A program made the translations under genes and the position numbers. Positions 1 through 15,424 of a DNA stretch of 64,000 bases are shown piece by piece. Below the pieces are notes generated by a model. The model saw only the letters and a program-made list of their open reading frames with translations, had not been told where the DNA came from and searched no databases. The number at the start of each line of letters is the position of its first letter. The first letter of the stretch is position 1. Origin of the DNA: Auanema rhodensis. Lineage: Eukaryota > Animalia > Nematoda. The DNA lies in the NCBI GenBank assembly GCA_964057225.1, contig OZ059896.1:16244001-16308000 (forward strand). Direction: 5' to 3'.

Positions 1-910
1 TGGAGGCAAAATCAATCAGCACAGAGATACTTGTAGATAAGAAAAATGACTTTTCTATAAATAATCTTCAAATAAATATAAGTTTAATGAATCTATGACT
101 CAATGATTGTAAAAGTTTGATGTTGAATTGTTAAGAATATGAGTGTTGAAGGTCAATTTATAAACTGAAAAAGCATTTGAACTCATTTTTTTAACTATAT
201 GCATTTAATATCTTTTTAACTATGCGTATAACTAACGAGGAATAACATTCAAATCATTCATACATACGTACACTAGGTAGACACGAAAATACACGAATAA
301 TTACCTACATTACAATGCTAAATCACAGTTGTTTTTATGTTTTTTCTTTTCTATTTTGTTAATTTCATTTATTGGAATCTTCATAGCCCCCTCCTTTACT
401 TCTTCCTCTTCTTTTCATATTTCTGGCCCCAAACCTCTTACCCCTACACACACATGTACACTCTCTTACTCATTGAATTCAATTGATGTATCGTTGACAA
501 GTTCTCACTGCAGCACAATCAGACCAGAAAACTGTTGTTTTTCATTGAGACACATTTGAAAATTGAGCAGAAAATGTTTGAAAAATGGGTCAAAATGATG
601 AAAAAGATGACATAAAACGATAATGTTTCTATTTTTTAATAAAAAGATGAAGAAAACTATATCTTATATATATATTTGATGTAAAATAAACTATTTAATA
701 TAATCTATTTCATATAATTTATTTAATTTAATATTATAAACAAAGAAATAGATTATTAAGTATTTTATATTATAATTAATAAGAAACACTTTATAACTCT
801 TCAAGTTTTTAACCTATTAGTTAATTGATATTAATTATTTTTTTTTAAAAACATTTTAATTTTTTGAAGATTTTTTATCAAAATAATTCTATGTCGATTT
901 TCAACGAGAA

Positions 911-920
911 CGAGAGAGAG

Positions 921-960
<40 letters not shown>
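911..960. repeat. (AG)n microsatellite; others at ~2182-2236, 5738-5788, 7830-7900, 10713-10950
   Basis: Visible dinucleotide runs. Confidence 0.95.
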
Positions 961-964
<4 letters not shown>

Positions 965-2175
965 ATGTACGGGTGCTATTGAGAATACACATAACTATTA
1001 AAAACTAAAATAATCTAAATATACTATTATATTATTTAAAAATAGATAATTTACTGAAAATTGATAGTTTTTTAAAATAATTTTTCAATTTTCATTTATT
1101 TTCAATAACTTATAATTATATATATATATATAATATATATATATATATGTATTACTACATACACTATGTATATAAGTATATTATAAAGAGAAATTGTTGA
1201 TTATTAAATTCAAGAAGAAGGGATCAATCAAATAATTTGTTTTCTCAGAAACTAAGAACAATTTAAATTCTTTTTAGATTTAACTATGCTTTTTGGTGTT
1301 TTATAATTTATAAATTATTACCAAATAGTACGAAAATTTAAAAAAAAACATTTAATCAATTGTAGTATTGAAGAGATGTACTAGATTATGATTAACTAGA
1401 TAATAAAAACTCTTTATATAGAGTAATGACTTGAAGAAAAACAAATTTTTAATGAAACTTTTTTTTTATCGCAAATAATTAATTGAACATTTCTCTTTTT
1501 ATGAAAATTAAATAAAAAATATAATGGCAATAAAAAGGGATTTCTGAAGTTTGAAGAAGAATATACATACATGTACATATATTAAATAATAATAAATAAA
1601 TTTTAATGAAAAAAGTATAAAAATAATTGTTCGAATAGTTTTCATTTTTATGTTCAAAAAAGTTCGAATCACGCAATTTCTGAATCTACACTCCTGTATT
1701 CTTGTATCTATAACTTATAATCAAAATCTTAATCAAGCCAAGTTCAAGTTCGTTATCGTTTGAAACAAACTACAGAAAAAAATATTACGAGTATTCAAAA
1801 AGTCCATAGCATAGCATAAATTTTTTCGATTTTTTTTGTAGTTTCAAGGGGGGTTATCTGGGCTCTCTCAAGAGGTTTATAATAAAATATAAACATGTTT
1901 GAATAGTTTATTTTATTTTTTCTAATAATTACCAAATATTTTTATTTCAAATTAAAAAAAAATATGATTTAATTATTTTTATAAACTTAAGGTAACCATT
2001 CCAATTCCAAAGTCTTAACAATTTCATAATCATTAGCTTATAATACTACGAAATAATTCATTTAATAGCTTTTTTCAATTTAAAAAGAATATAATCTAAA
2101 ATTTTTTATTATTTATAAATAAAATCTTATTATTATCATTAACTAAAACGATGACATTGCAGTTGAAGATCACAC

Positions 2176-2239
<64 letters not shown>

Positions 2240-3244
2240 TCCTCTCAAAGAATGAATGACATAACTATAAGAATCCCATCATAAAATAATGAATAAAAAT
2301 TTTGTTGTTAATGCTTAGTTCTTATTTGATTTCTTGTACTTTTCATTTTTGACATTAAATTTCATCTAATGTTACGAAAACATTTTAACTTTTAAGTTTT
2401 ATTAAGTTTTGAATACTTTAAGTTTAAAACCTTATTACATGTGACACAATTGTTATTAAATCAATAGGGAAATGAGGAATAATATCTTTATAGTTTGAGA
2501 GGTATTGTTCTAATAACGAAGTTGAAACATCTAAAATTGCGCGCAATTGTTTACAGGTTTGAATGAAAAACATTTTTTTCAACTTGACTTTTTAACCTCC
2601 CTTTCTTTTTTTGTTCAAAAAATTAACAAATGATACCAAAATTTTATTTTATTTTTTGTTATATTGTTTATAAAGTTTTGTTGTTGTTATTGTTGATTAT
2701 AATGATGTTTTTTTTTATAAAATATTTAACATAAAAATAACATTAAAAACAAAAACATTTGAAATATATTTATATAAACGTTTCAAATAATTATTTATAA
2801 TATATATTATTATAAATAATTATAAGAATTAATTTTTCAGGATTTTCATATTTACTTTCGAAAAATAGAAATATCATAGCATTTCCATATCGAAATATTC
2901 ATCTATTGAAAGTGCAAACATTCAAGTTGTTTCATTCAGCTTCAGATGTTTGAAAATCAGAATATTTATGAAAATACTGAAGCTGAATATGCAATAAGAT
3001 AGTGTGCCAGGTGGATAAATTGATAAAAAAGGTCAACGGCTATGGCAGAAGGGAGATGGTAAGAGGTGACACAAAGTAAACATTTAAAAAAACTATATTA
3101 CTTTTGAATTTTTAATATAAAAATTTTTTCTTGAATTACAAAGTTATTTTTTCTCGTCATATAGAACTTTATCTGAACATTCTGATAAACCTGATCAAAT
3201 TGATAAACTTCATTCTTCAAGTTTTAATAATTTTTAAATATTTA

Positions 3245-5286
3245 TTAAATAATATGCATTGGTATTATAGAAGAAGATCTAACATGAATACTACTAACTG
3301 TATTCTTACGATATATGGTTGATGGATTCCATTTTTCACGAAAAACTTGTCTAACCTAAACAAATGTTAAATTAAATTATAATTTTATATAAATAAACCT
3401 CGTCATTATAAAAAATATAAATTATTCCATTAATAGAACAGTTTAATGCTAAAGAAATTGGACATAATATTAACCATGATATACTAAAGTTATTTCCAAT
3501 TATAATTGATGGTAAAATTCGGAAAAATATCCATACAAACATATAAAACATACTTTGTATAGCAAATTGAAAAGCATGTCTTAAATAATTAAGATTTATA
3601 GATTTGTATTATATATGCTTAAGATAAGTTATAACTTTCTTACTTAATTTCTTTGCGTCTTTTACGATTTTCTTCTAAATCATTTAAAGTTGAAGCATTT
3701 GACGGTCCTTTTATACTCAGTGTAATCTTAAAATTATAATTTTTTGTTTTTTTTTAATTATATGATATAGTTACCGATGCATAACATGTAATACATATAG
3801 TTGAAGCAAATAACCCTGTAGGAAAATCAACATATATATCTGAATAATTCTTTGAAATTGTTTCATCAAATATATAAGTATATGAATAAAATCGATAATC
3901 AATTATAAATCTAAAACAAAATATTATTGTTATTAAACTAAATTTAAACTATATGTATATATAAGTTATTATACTATATTGTCTGAAATATTTGGAAAAT
4001 ACCCAGTTTTCTCCAAATTATTTCAGAAATATCGGAAAATTTGTAAGACTACCCATTCCTATTACGTATATGTATATATATACTTACTTGCAACATGTAA
4101 ACATATGTTGACTTATTATAGTTAATATAATATCTATTATAATTAATATAATAAATAATAGTTTAACACATCGAAATGAAAAAATATTATATTGTGGAAA
4201 ACATACTACGACAAATCTGAAATGAATAATATGTTATATTATACAATATAAATTATATATGTATATTAATTATTAACATAATTCAAATTTTATAACTATA
4301 ATTATATTTAAACATGCATAGTTAGTAACTTTAAGAACTTTCATTTTTTAGTTCTTATAATAACATCTGTTATTTCAATTCAAAAAACATCTGACGTTAA
4401 TATTCAGATGAATAATTGAAGTTAATTTGAGATGATATGTTATAGTTAAATATATATATATAATATACAGTTTTATAAGTTTGTATAACAATATATAAGA
4501 TTAATACAAATATTTTCTATTTGTTTTTATAAAAAATAAATTGTATTTATATGTATTAGATACAACATATTTTAAATATTATTTCAAATTATTAGCACAA
4601 AAAGAAAATAAAAAAAAAACTTTAACTTAAGTTGAAATAGTTTTTAAAAATATTGGATGATCATCAAATGGAATTTTTTTATAAATAATTTATATTTTGA
4701 GAATATTATATTTAAACTAAATAATAGTGAATATATTCATTAATGGAGATTTATGTTCAGAAATAAAAATTTGAATTTAAAAAGAATTTTTGTGAAATTA
4801 GAAATGAGATGATTCAATACGTCAGTGATGATGGTAACAGTTTTAATCAATTTTACCTGTTTATTGCTATAACAACTTGATAAGTAGCTGAAGAATACCA
4901 AAGAAAAATTACAATATCTGATAATAATCGAAAAGTTGAATCATTTTTTCCATCTGGAAACATCCAATCCTAAAAATAAATTGAAAAAACAAGATGATCT
5001 ATATCTATCTATCTAAATATACTTGAAAATGAAAAGCTGGAATAGTATATCCAATCATAATAATAAGTTGCATAATATCTATGGTTAAGTTAGCAAGAAC
5101 AATAAAATATATGGAAGACGATTTTTTTCTTCAAAAATAAAATTTCAAAATGAAAAGAAAAACTTCAAAAACTTACTTGAGAGCTAAATAAGCAACTGGA
5201 TAATAAACTAATAATGTTATAATTATACCAAATATTGTTATAACAGTTAATATTGTCATGAAAATATTTGATAGATAATCCAGCAT
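3245..5286 (-). CDS. Multi-exon serpentine (srx-like) 7TM chemoreceptor
   Basis: Exons read manually on the minus strand: MLDYLSNIFMTILTVITIFGIIITLLVYYPVAYLAL / KSSSIYFIVLANLTIDIMQL..YTIP / HAFQFAIQSMFYMFVWIFFRILP..LNCSINGIIY..NDE / VRQVF..HII*. Short GT-AG introns. Paralogous to the gene at 8864. Confidence 0.75.
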
Positions 5287-5731
5287 CGTATCAAATCTGG
5301 CGACGACTGCTACTGCTACTGCTACTGCTGCGGCTGTTATGCCACAATTTTGATGTTGCTGATTTTGCTCGAACGTTTTCTAAATACAAAATACGAAAAA
5401 ATCTTCTCTATCATACAGCTTGTAAAATTGAAAAAAAAATATTTTTAGCATCTATTTCCTGTTATTTCTTGTAATAGACGGTTTTCTTTGAATACTTTTG
5501 TATGCTCTTGTTTATGTGAAGCAAAACAATTCTGATAAATTTTTGCAACTTTAGAAGTTTTCAAAAGCAAATGTAATAACAATTATAGGCCAACTATTCC
5601 AATAAATCTACACTACAATCCTTGAAAATTGTAGAAAATTATATATTTTTTAAAAGATTACGTTGAATTCTTGAGATAATAATCAACTTCATTTTAAATT
5701 AAACAAGAGAAGGAAAGAGATTGATAGATAG

Positions 5732-5791
<60 letters not shown>

Positions 5792-7651
5792 GCTGAACTA
5801 CATAGATATATGATATATCATTCATGGTTATAGAATCATTATTACTGGTGACTGTTTATACTTATATGAAGTCAAACAGTTTCAATGAGCTTTGAAGCTT
5901 AAGCTTTAAACTTTCAAAGTTTTCATAGAATTTTGACAACATATCATACTATGTGTAGATGTATGAATATATTTTTGATATTTTTATCATTTATGAACAA
6001 ATTTTGTATTTGAATTGAATCTTACTTGTATTATACTCAATGTATACAAGTTATTTTTTCAGGTTGAATACCATTATACCAAAATATATTGAGGGAATAG
6101 AAGAATAATTCTGTTTGTTTCAACTTTTAGTTTTTTTCAAGTTGCATAAAGTTTCATCAATGTTGATCAGTATAGAGTATTAAGGTTTATTTCTAATAAT
6201 ATCTGTGATATTGATTTGAAATGATATATGTAAGTAAGTATTGTTGTTTAGAAATTATCCTTAAGATTCATAGATCTCTTTCAAATTCATACATCGCATT
6301 CATTTTCTATAATGATTCATTATAGTTTTGATTATACTAATTATTATAAATTGAAAGGAACAAATAATCAAATTCCAAAGAATAATATGAAATATAGTAA
6401 AATTGATATATTCACATCATATTTATTTCAAAATAACTTTTATAATTAAACTAATTATTTCAATAAATCACGTTCAATTATATGAAATTATTTAATTTAC
6501 CGTATTCGATGGTTAACTTTAAGAAATTGCACGGTTTATCACGAATTTAATTAAATTTCTGAAAAACTATGACTCGTGTTTGAGTTTCTTTCCCTCAACC
6601 TTGTTTTTCAGAATGTTCAGTCTGATGAAGTCTCGAAGCTCTCAAGGTGTGTGTCTGTCCAACTTCACTTTCCCAAAGTATGATTTTTAATTCAAGTATG
6701 AGTTAGAATAAGTTTACCCAGCTCTAGTAGAAGCTGCTAATAGAATTGAAAGATACATAATGAAATTGATAATTTGAACTAAGACTTGTAGACAAAGCAA
6801 AGTTGTAGTTGTACATGTTCTACAGACAGTATTCAGATATATAAATATGGTTGAATACATTTTAATTTTGATCAGGTATCAAACGTAATGAAATTTGGAC
6901 AATTACACATCATAGACATAATTTAACTATTTATAAGTATATAATGTACATTTTATTCAAGCATATACATATATATAAAAGAAATATAATTATTTATTAT
7001 TATAATACTTCCAAAAAAAATAGAAGATGATGATGATGATCAAGCTGGAAAGACAACAAATAAAACAAAAGTTTTAAACATGACGTCAATATACAAAACA
7101 ATATGATAAAAACAAAGGAATTCTTCATTAATAATGTAAATTTTTTATAAACTGTTTGTGAAACATTGCAAAACTATAAGTTCAATATATTAATTAAATC
7201 AAATTATTTTATATATATTACATATGTCTTCAACACTAATATTTAAATAAATAGATACATATACATACATATGTTCTGTTACTATTGCTTTCAATTTTTC
7301 TCTTTCGCTTTCTCTTTTAACTCAACATCTGGATAATTTCTAGAATCTAAGATTTTCATTGTTTAAGTGACTAAGAAGTTTCAATTAAAATTATATTTCA
7401 TGGAGAAATCTCCTCGTGGACACATGTCATAAGACAGGTACATGTGTTCAACTAATTTGAAACAATTTTCAAATATAATTTAGAATTCAAAAATTATTTT
7501 CTGAATGATTTTGTGTGTCGGAAGATATTCAAATACACCTTTTCAGAAACTTTCTGTCTGTAATTTGAAGATAGTTCTTCTGTGAATAACTTTTACTTTT
7601 GCAACTTGTATAACAGCAGCTGAAATATATGTAATTATTCAATTATTTAAA

Positions 7652-7823
7652 AAGATAAAGTGTATGATAACTTTGAGATCGATAATCAAATTATCTTAGA
7701 AACTATTATTTTACATTTTATTTTTGATCAAAGAAACATATCTTTAGAAGACTCTTTAAACAATTTCAATGGATTTAACTATCTTAAGAAAATACAAGAG
7801 GCTGAGATATAAAAAGAGAAAAA

Positions 7824-7900
<77 letters not shown>
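7652..7900 (+). repeat. ~180-bp sequence plus (AG)n tail, direct repeat copy 1
   Basis: tgtatgataactttgagatcg...gaaaaagaacaag(AG)n recurs essentially identically at 10536. Confidence 0.9.
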
Positions 7901-7903
<3 letters not shown>

Positions 7904-8863
7904 CTCTCTTTATATGAACACATGATTCTTTTCATATATAAATGTACCATAGTAACAGAAACATGGCATCAGAAACATTATTACTTTCCTATGTTGTTTC
8001 GGAAATTTAATGAGCTTTTTCTCATCTTTTATAACTTTAGTTGTTGATATTCAAAATAGTATAAAACTAGAAGATAATAATATTTTTATAATAATCATTA
8101 CAAATTCTAAATATTGAGCTTTCTTTTTGCACAATAACTAAAACAGTAAAAGACTCATGAATAAGACGTCAATTATCCCAAAGGATTCTGTTTTCTATTA
8201 TTTTTGTTTGTTTGTTTTTTAATTTAAAAATAAAATATTATAAAATATTGTTTATATAAATTAATTCTTATAAATATTTTTGATTTTAGTGATATATAGC
8301 TATAGATCTTGTTATTTAGATATTCATACTATACACCTGTTACATAGAACACTATACATCATGTTCCATTTAAATATCTTATTCTATATGCTATTTCATA
8401 TAGTTATATATATTTTTTTTAAAAATCAGATCTGATAATGTATTCTTAACGTTAGAAGCATAAGCTTTAAGCTTTAAACATTTATAATATCATTTTATGT
8501 TAATTTGAACTTACTCATTTGTACAAATAATAATATAATAGATAATGATATCAAATACAATTTGTGATAAAACATCCAATATTAATTAAAGTACAAACAT
8601 TTATTTAGTATTTAAAATTGTTTTATTTTAAAAAATAATTTTAAAATATTCTATATTTAAGTTTTAAAATTGTGTTTATCTTTGTTAGTACTTGATTAGT
8701 TTCAATTAGTTGTTTCACATGAAGTCTTATGAAACTTCATAAGATATAACTCCCTCCCTCTATCTCCCTCTCTCTCAAATATTCTCTCAAATTTGCAACC
8801 TACTTCTTACACCTTTCAGCTTTTGCTATAAAATTGCTATATATTTATCTGAGACGTTCAACA

Positions 8864-10165
8864 ATGCTAAAAGCAATTCTACTGTTCATACTGACTGTTT
8901 TGACCGTAATCGGGCTATTGCTCATTCTGCTTGTTGGATATCCAGTTGGATATCTAGCTTTTAAGTAAGTTATAAGTATCAACATTTATTTAATCATAAA
9001 TTTATTAAGAAAAAAAGTATCTTCGATATATGTAATAGCATTTGCTAACATGTCATTTGATCTTATTATCATCTCAATAACACTCTTCTATACAATACCA
9101 TCTGTATATCTTGAAGTATAGCATATACATACATCTTAAATATATATTATATATACTATACCTATTCAGGATTGGCTTTTTCCACTCAAAAACAATGATC
9201 CAGGTCTACGACTACTTTGTGACTTTTTCATGTTTGCATGGTATAGTACTTCTGGCTCACAGATCACAATGTCTGTCAACAGGTTTGCATGCTTCATCAA
9301 ATCGTCTGAAGTTTTAATTTGCATATATAACATGCTTTAAGATTTGTTGTTGTTTGTTTTCCACATTATAATATATTCAATTATCGTCTTGTCTATAAGT
9401 TTGTAATCATTCAAGTCATACTTAGCTTATTTTTGACAATTCTAACTCAACGTATATTTCCATGTTGTGGGTAAGTATTTCAACCTTTTATTTCAAATGT
9501 TTTCTTGAATATTTATAATTCAGATTTATTATAAATAATGATATTTATTCATATTCTTATAATATAGTTGAAAATGCCACTAACTATACGGAATATGTGG
9601 ATTTACCTAACTGTATACTTACTACAAGTATATGTGCATTTTGCTATACTTCTGTATGTTTTATGTTTCTCTCTCTCTTTTAAATATCCATTATTGCAGA
9701 TTATAATCTTTGTTCGAAACAATTCAAGTAAGATCATATTGACAAATCATGAACGCCATAAACGCCGAGTTAAAGAATACATGTAAGTTCACAAACTTTT
9801 CAACTTTTACTTGATCTTGATTGTCTTCTTATAGCTATGCTCTCCAATTTTGTATAATATCCATATTCTATATGTTCAGTTGGATTTGTTTTCATACGTT
9901 TGCACTTTTCATTATCAGTGTCAAGGGCGATTTAGCGTGGCTAATTATCAGTTCAATATGCTTAACTATAAATAGTAGCGCTAATGCTTTTGTATATCTT
10001 TTAGCTAATCATGAGGTTTTTGATAATACTTATAATATTTTGCTATAACTATAATATGTATTATAGATTCAGCATATATTGAGATTACGATTCAGGATTA
10101 AACCACAAACTGAATACTGTGGACAAACTAGTTTACAAGTAAGTCACGCTTTTCATTCATTATAA
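8864..10165 (+). CDS. Multi-exon serpentine (srx-like) 7TM chemoreceptor
   Basis: Exons MLKAILLFILTVLTVIGLLLILLVGYPVGYLAF / SSIYVIAFANMSFDLII..YTIP / ..FPCCG / YALQFCIISIFYMFSWICF..INSSANAFVYLLANHE / IQHILRLRF..HSL*. The PCC, YALQF and N..VY motifs resemble Srx receptors. Intactness not verified. Confidence 0.75.
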
Positions 10166-10535
10166 ACGGATAATTATAAAAGTTTAATATTCTTTTCTGT
10201 ACAATTTTATTTTAATTATATAGTTTAACTGACTTACTTACTTCGTAAACATGGCTAATGATTAAAGATTAAGTTAAACTTGATTTTCAGTCATGAGCCT
10301 TGCTTCCAAATTCAAATTTAGTATCAATGCCAAAGGAAGTTCTTCCATACATGACGTAAACTAAACATATCAGCAAATATTGTTCGAAATAGATGCATTT
10401 CAAATTAAATGAAACCACATATATTACTTGTTCAATAATTTCAGACAAATATTACAACAAATAAAGAGAATTGAAATAAATTCTATTCACGATCGCACGG
10501 TACTTTATCCTACCTATTACTACGAGCCAACGGAG

Positions 10536-10820
<285 letters not shown>

Positions 10821-11581
10821 GAAAGAGAAAGAGAGAAAGAAAGTAAGAGAAAGTGAGAGAGAGAGAGAAAGAGAGAGAGAAAGGGAGAGAGAGAAAGAGA
10901 AAGAGAAAGAGAAAGAGAAAGAGAAAGAGAAAGAAAAAGAGAGAGAGGAAGATGTTGTGAAATTTTCTTTTTTCTTTTTTTTTCTTCTTCTAAAACTTTG
11001 AAATTTACGTGAACTTTAATTTATGCTAATTAAATAAACACGTGATGTGCACTTGGTATGTAACTCGCTTCACGTGAAAGATAAAGAGATGCGGTTTTCA
11101 AATTTAGATTCCCCATGTCCATATTAGTCTAAAAACAATGATAATCAGCCTCTTCCTCTATTTATCCTCATTTTCCCTCATCCTCAAGCCTTCATGAAAC
11201 AGTATTTATTTTTTTAAATAATGAATTGTATTTTATATGAATATATAAAGGTAAAATTTGCCTTTTTTGTTAGTATTAACTGTAAAAATATAATTATCTC
11301 AATATTACAACAAATTGATTGCATAACTACATGAAATCACAACTTTATAAGAATTATTTTGAATAAGAATTTTGAGTAAAAAACTAACGGTTTTCATATG
11401 GAATTCCTAAGGAAGCAGAGATATTGTAATGTATCAGATCGCTCAACCTTCTGTTCAATTGAGTGCGTTATGCTCTCGCATTTAACCTATAGACCAATAT
11501 AGTCTACAAGATGAGCGTTATTATATTCCAGATATTGCGGTAAAGATAGAACATAAGGATAAACATAAAACTCATATAAGA

Positions 11582-11957
11582 CCCTTTTGCCGTTAGTCCT
11601 ATACTTTTATTAAAATGTGATACCTATATGAGATACGGTGGTATCCAGATATCCACAAATGTTCCATTTTTTTTAGAATTTCCCTTCTACAGTCTTTTAT
11701 GGTACATCTCCACTTATTTCGAGCAAAAGAAAGACTCATTTGTCGTTTACATCGGTCACATTCGTCAGTCTCAAGGTTTATACCTTTCTCTTGCAAAAAT
11801 TGAATGGCATCAGCTTCAGTACAAAGTCGTTTTTTTTGGAGCAAACATTTAGACGAAAAATGGTTGATAATGTAGATGCAATAACCAATAATGATTAATT
11901 TTTTTTATCATAATATATTCAAGTTTTATTATATTTATTATAGCTACCCCCATAGAG
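11582..11957 (-). mobile_element. Merlin/IS1595-like transposase N-terminal Zn-ribbon fragment, copy 1 (copy 2 at ~13085-13460)
   Basis: AIQFLQEKG..ECDRC..M....KWRC....CR motif. The ~375-bp segment is duplicated with scattered differences. Confidence 0.5.
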
Positions 11958-12098
11958 GGGGGGGGAACCCCCCAAACCCCCTCGTTTCAGAAGGAGTAAA
12001 ATATAATAACGCATGTGAGAAAGCAGCAAACAAAACAAATATATAAGTTTTTGGGATGAAAAGTATATTTTCAAAAGTATGTTTTTGTTTTGTTTGTG

Positions 12099-12167
12099 TT
12101 TGGGGGCGTGGTTAGTTCAACTGTTTGGGGGCGTGGTTAGTTCAACTGTTTGGGGGCGTGGTTAGTA
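12099..12167. repeat. 25-bp tandem repeat (tttgggggcgtggttagttcaactg), ~2.7 copies
   Basis: Visible tandem repeat. Confidence 0.9.
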
Positions 12168-12195
12168 AATTAGGCATGGATCTCTACTAAATGCT

Positions 12196-13077
12196 TTGGA
12201 GGCATATAATCATTCAATGTCTACACCCTATTGTCATTTACTGATAGACAACCATACTTTAACAAATGATAAACAGCGTATACTATCAGATATAACAGCG
12301 GAGTACCCTATTGTTTATGTAGCCAGATTGGTCTTCTCAAAAAAAGTATTTAGTCAAATTACAACTTTTTATCTTCTGAATTGAAGCTTTTACGAGAGAA
12401 TAAATCTATACCCTATTATAAAAAGGATGAACTATACGAAGACTTGATTGGTCGTCTCAAAAACTATAGAGAAAGCATAGATGCGCCTATATCAGTACAA
12501 GTGGAAAACGCTCATCCACCTTTATTGCCAGAATTCAAGCTGCCAAGAAAGTATTACGATCTGTGGGAAAGATTTCCAGAGGTGCGTACAAACAAAAATA
12601 ACCAACTTGTGATTCATAATAAGCCCGTACCAAACACAAATATTACAAAATTTTGGATTTTGTACTGGATAAACAAAAACGGAGCCCAATGGATTCTCCG
12701 TATTAACCAAATTCCTAGCCAGTAATGGGGTTTCTAGCCCTAACAAGAAGGCAAAAAGTGTAGAGCCTGTCGTCAGGAACAAGGGTTCAGTTGATCCCGT
12801 GCCTACATCCATATCGGCTGTCACAGACTTGGATGCTACTATTAATATAATACCAAGAACACCACGTCATCGTAAGGCTGTTATTCGATATTCACCATCA
12901 CCGCGTCGTACGTTTAAATCCAAAGCTATAAATAAAAAGGCGAAACCCTCTGACACTGGTGAATCATATTACACACCTCAGGCGGGAGAAACTTGGAATG
13001 ACCAAGACTGTAAACGATTGTACATTAGATTATGGAAATTATGGGCGCTTTTTCCGTTTCTATACCCTCCGTTTTAA
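12196..13077 (+). mobile_element. Probable Polinton/Maverick gene fragments (packaging-ATPase C-terminus-like and adjacent ORF)
   Basis: PYCHLLID..T....RI and NNQLVIHNKPVPNTNI resemble Polinton proteins; adjacent to a c-integrase. Confidence 0.4.
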
Positions 13078-13517
13078 GCCCCGCCCCTTTTGCCGTTAGG
13101 CACATACTTTTATTAAAATGTGATACCTATATGAGATACGGTGGTATCCAGATATCCACAAATGTTCCATTTTTCTTAGAATTTCCCTTCTACAGTCTTT
13201 TATGGTACATCTCCACTTATTTCGAGCAAAAGAAAGACTCAGTTTTTGTCAACATCGCTCACATTCGTCAGTCTCAAGGTTTATACCTTTCTCTTGCAAG
13301 AATTGAATGGCATCAGCTTCAGAACGAAGCCGTTCTTTTGGAGCAAACATTTAGACGAAAAATGGTTGATAATGTAGAACGAATAACCAATAATGATTCA
13401 GCTTTTATATCATAATATATTCAAGGTTTATTATACTTATTATAGCTATCCCCATAGGAGGGGAAGTAAAATCTAAAATCGGGGAGTATAGAAACGGAAA
13501 AAGAACCAAATTATGTC

Positions 13518-14446
13518 TTGGAGAACATTTATTATAACATTAAGCATCCAACTTCTTATACGTCAGCCAAAAAATCTATTATTGGAAGCCGGAAAACATG
13601 GCATGTGCAAAGACATAAGTTGAAAATTGTTTGCAAGACACTGAAACATTTACACGTCATAAACCAACCAGACTGCGTATATGAAGACAGAGGCTGTGGT
13701 CGATTTCTAACAATGCAAGCAGAGTTGGTTCAAGTGCAAAAATATAAAAAATCAAACAACGGCTATGCCTACATGTTCACCATGATTGATGCTTATACAC
13801 GCATGTTATATGTTAGGCCTTTAAAAACTTATTTGAAAATTTATTCAAGGATTTTATACCAATCCAACTAATAACGGATAACGGATCAGAGTTTTATAAT
13901 AGTTATTGTGAAAAACTATTCAAAAAGTTTACCATACTGCATGGATCAACAAGTTCACCACAAAAGGCGGCAATGGTGGAGCGAGCCAATAGAACTTTAA
14001 AAACGCGCATGATGAAATATCTCTATTACAAGAATAATGATCGACGGATTGATTTGGTTGAAGGAATAAACAAATCTTATAATCGGTCAATTAAAATGTG
14101 CCCCGTAGATGTTACAGCAAATATATTCGTTGACGAATATGCACCAGCTGTTCGAAACCGATTCAAAATTGGTGATAATGTTCGCATAAGCAAAAACAGG
14201 CGTACTTTTGAAAAAAGTTACGAGTCTGGATATACAATGGAACTATTCACAATTGATGAGATTATAGCAGGGAACCCAACCTGAAAGCCTGAACTAGTGC
14301 TGGGTACTAATAAAAGCAACAAGTACTATATTGAGAAAGTATTGAAAGAGCGTACACGAAACGGTAAACGCCAAGTATTTGTAAAATGGAGCGGATATCC
14401 CAAAAACTTTAATGAATGGATAGATGTAAAAAATTCAAATGTATAA
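13518..14446 (+). pseudogene. Polinton/Maverick-type c-integrase with C-terminal chromodomain, frameshifted
   Basis: ENIYYN..HP.SY; NNGYAYMFTMIDAYTR; TDNGSEFYN; MVERANRTLK; chromodomain YYIEKVLKER..VFVKWSGYPKNFNEWI (14324-14446). Confidence 0.8.
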
Positions 14447-15424
14447 TTTTTCACTGTTGTTGTAAACAATTGTAATAATAATAAATGTTTTAAAAAACTA
14501 AACTGCTTAATATTTAAATTTTCAATGCTTACCAGTTGGTTAGAGAGTCGGCTGCTGATGGATAATTTCAAACTTCAAGAGCTGGAAAAAAATGTTACAG
14601 CTGAGAAAATTTAAATATAACATAACAAAATCAACCAACTTCATTAAACAGTTTGTGCTTGTTGTAGTCAAAACGATAGATCAAAAGGGATAAGCATGTT
14701 TAAGTTGAGCGCATGTTGACTTAGTTTAAAGTAGAACACATTCTGCCTATAACCAAAAGACTTGACAGTTCACTCATCAGTATATATGGCTATGTAACCC
14801 ATATTATTCAACAATGGTTTTGATGACATGCTAAAATAGGGACGCATCTGTAAGAAAAAATATATAACTAGAATTAATAATTTTATAATCTTACATTGAT
14901 TGTTGAATTTTCAGGTTTATAATGACGGAAAACTTTTAAAAGCCCTAAGGCACCATTCCTTGCTCTACACTTGATAAAATAGTTTATATTCAGTAAAAAT
15001 ATATGTTAATATAACTAAAACTTAATTTAATATTATTTTCTAAATTTATAAGGAAAAATAGTGTTTTTTGACTATTTTGAATAATTCATCTTAATATAAC
15101 AAAATTTGAGATTAGGAAAAAAGTTAATTCATTAGAAATATTTTAAAATGATTCTAAGCACAAAGCTCGATCAATAACTAAGTTTCCTATGGTATAGCTT
15201 CAAACAAATGAGCTTCAGCATCTGAATCTTACTGAATATCTATGAAGAGAACTTGGTTAACGTACAATCAAATTCTCCCGTTTAAAATAAAAATAGACGT
15301 TTAGTGTACTCCTAACATTCTATCAAAAGATTATTTCTGAAATCTTGATGAAACTTCTGAAATTCATGAAAGAAGACTTCAAGCAGTTTATGAAAATTTC
15401 GGAGACTTCAGAAAATACTCTTAA

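Noticed and set aside
329-3322. Short ORFs in the first 3.3 kb
   Set aside because: Low-complexity AT-rich frames without motifs, or antisense overlap with a receptor exon.
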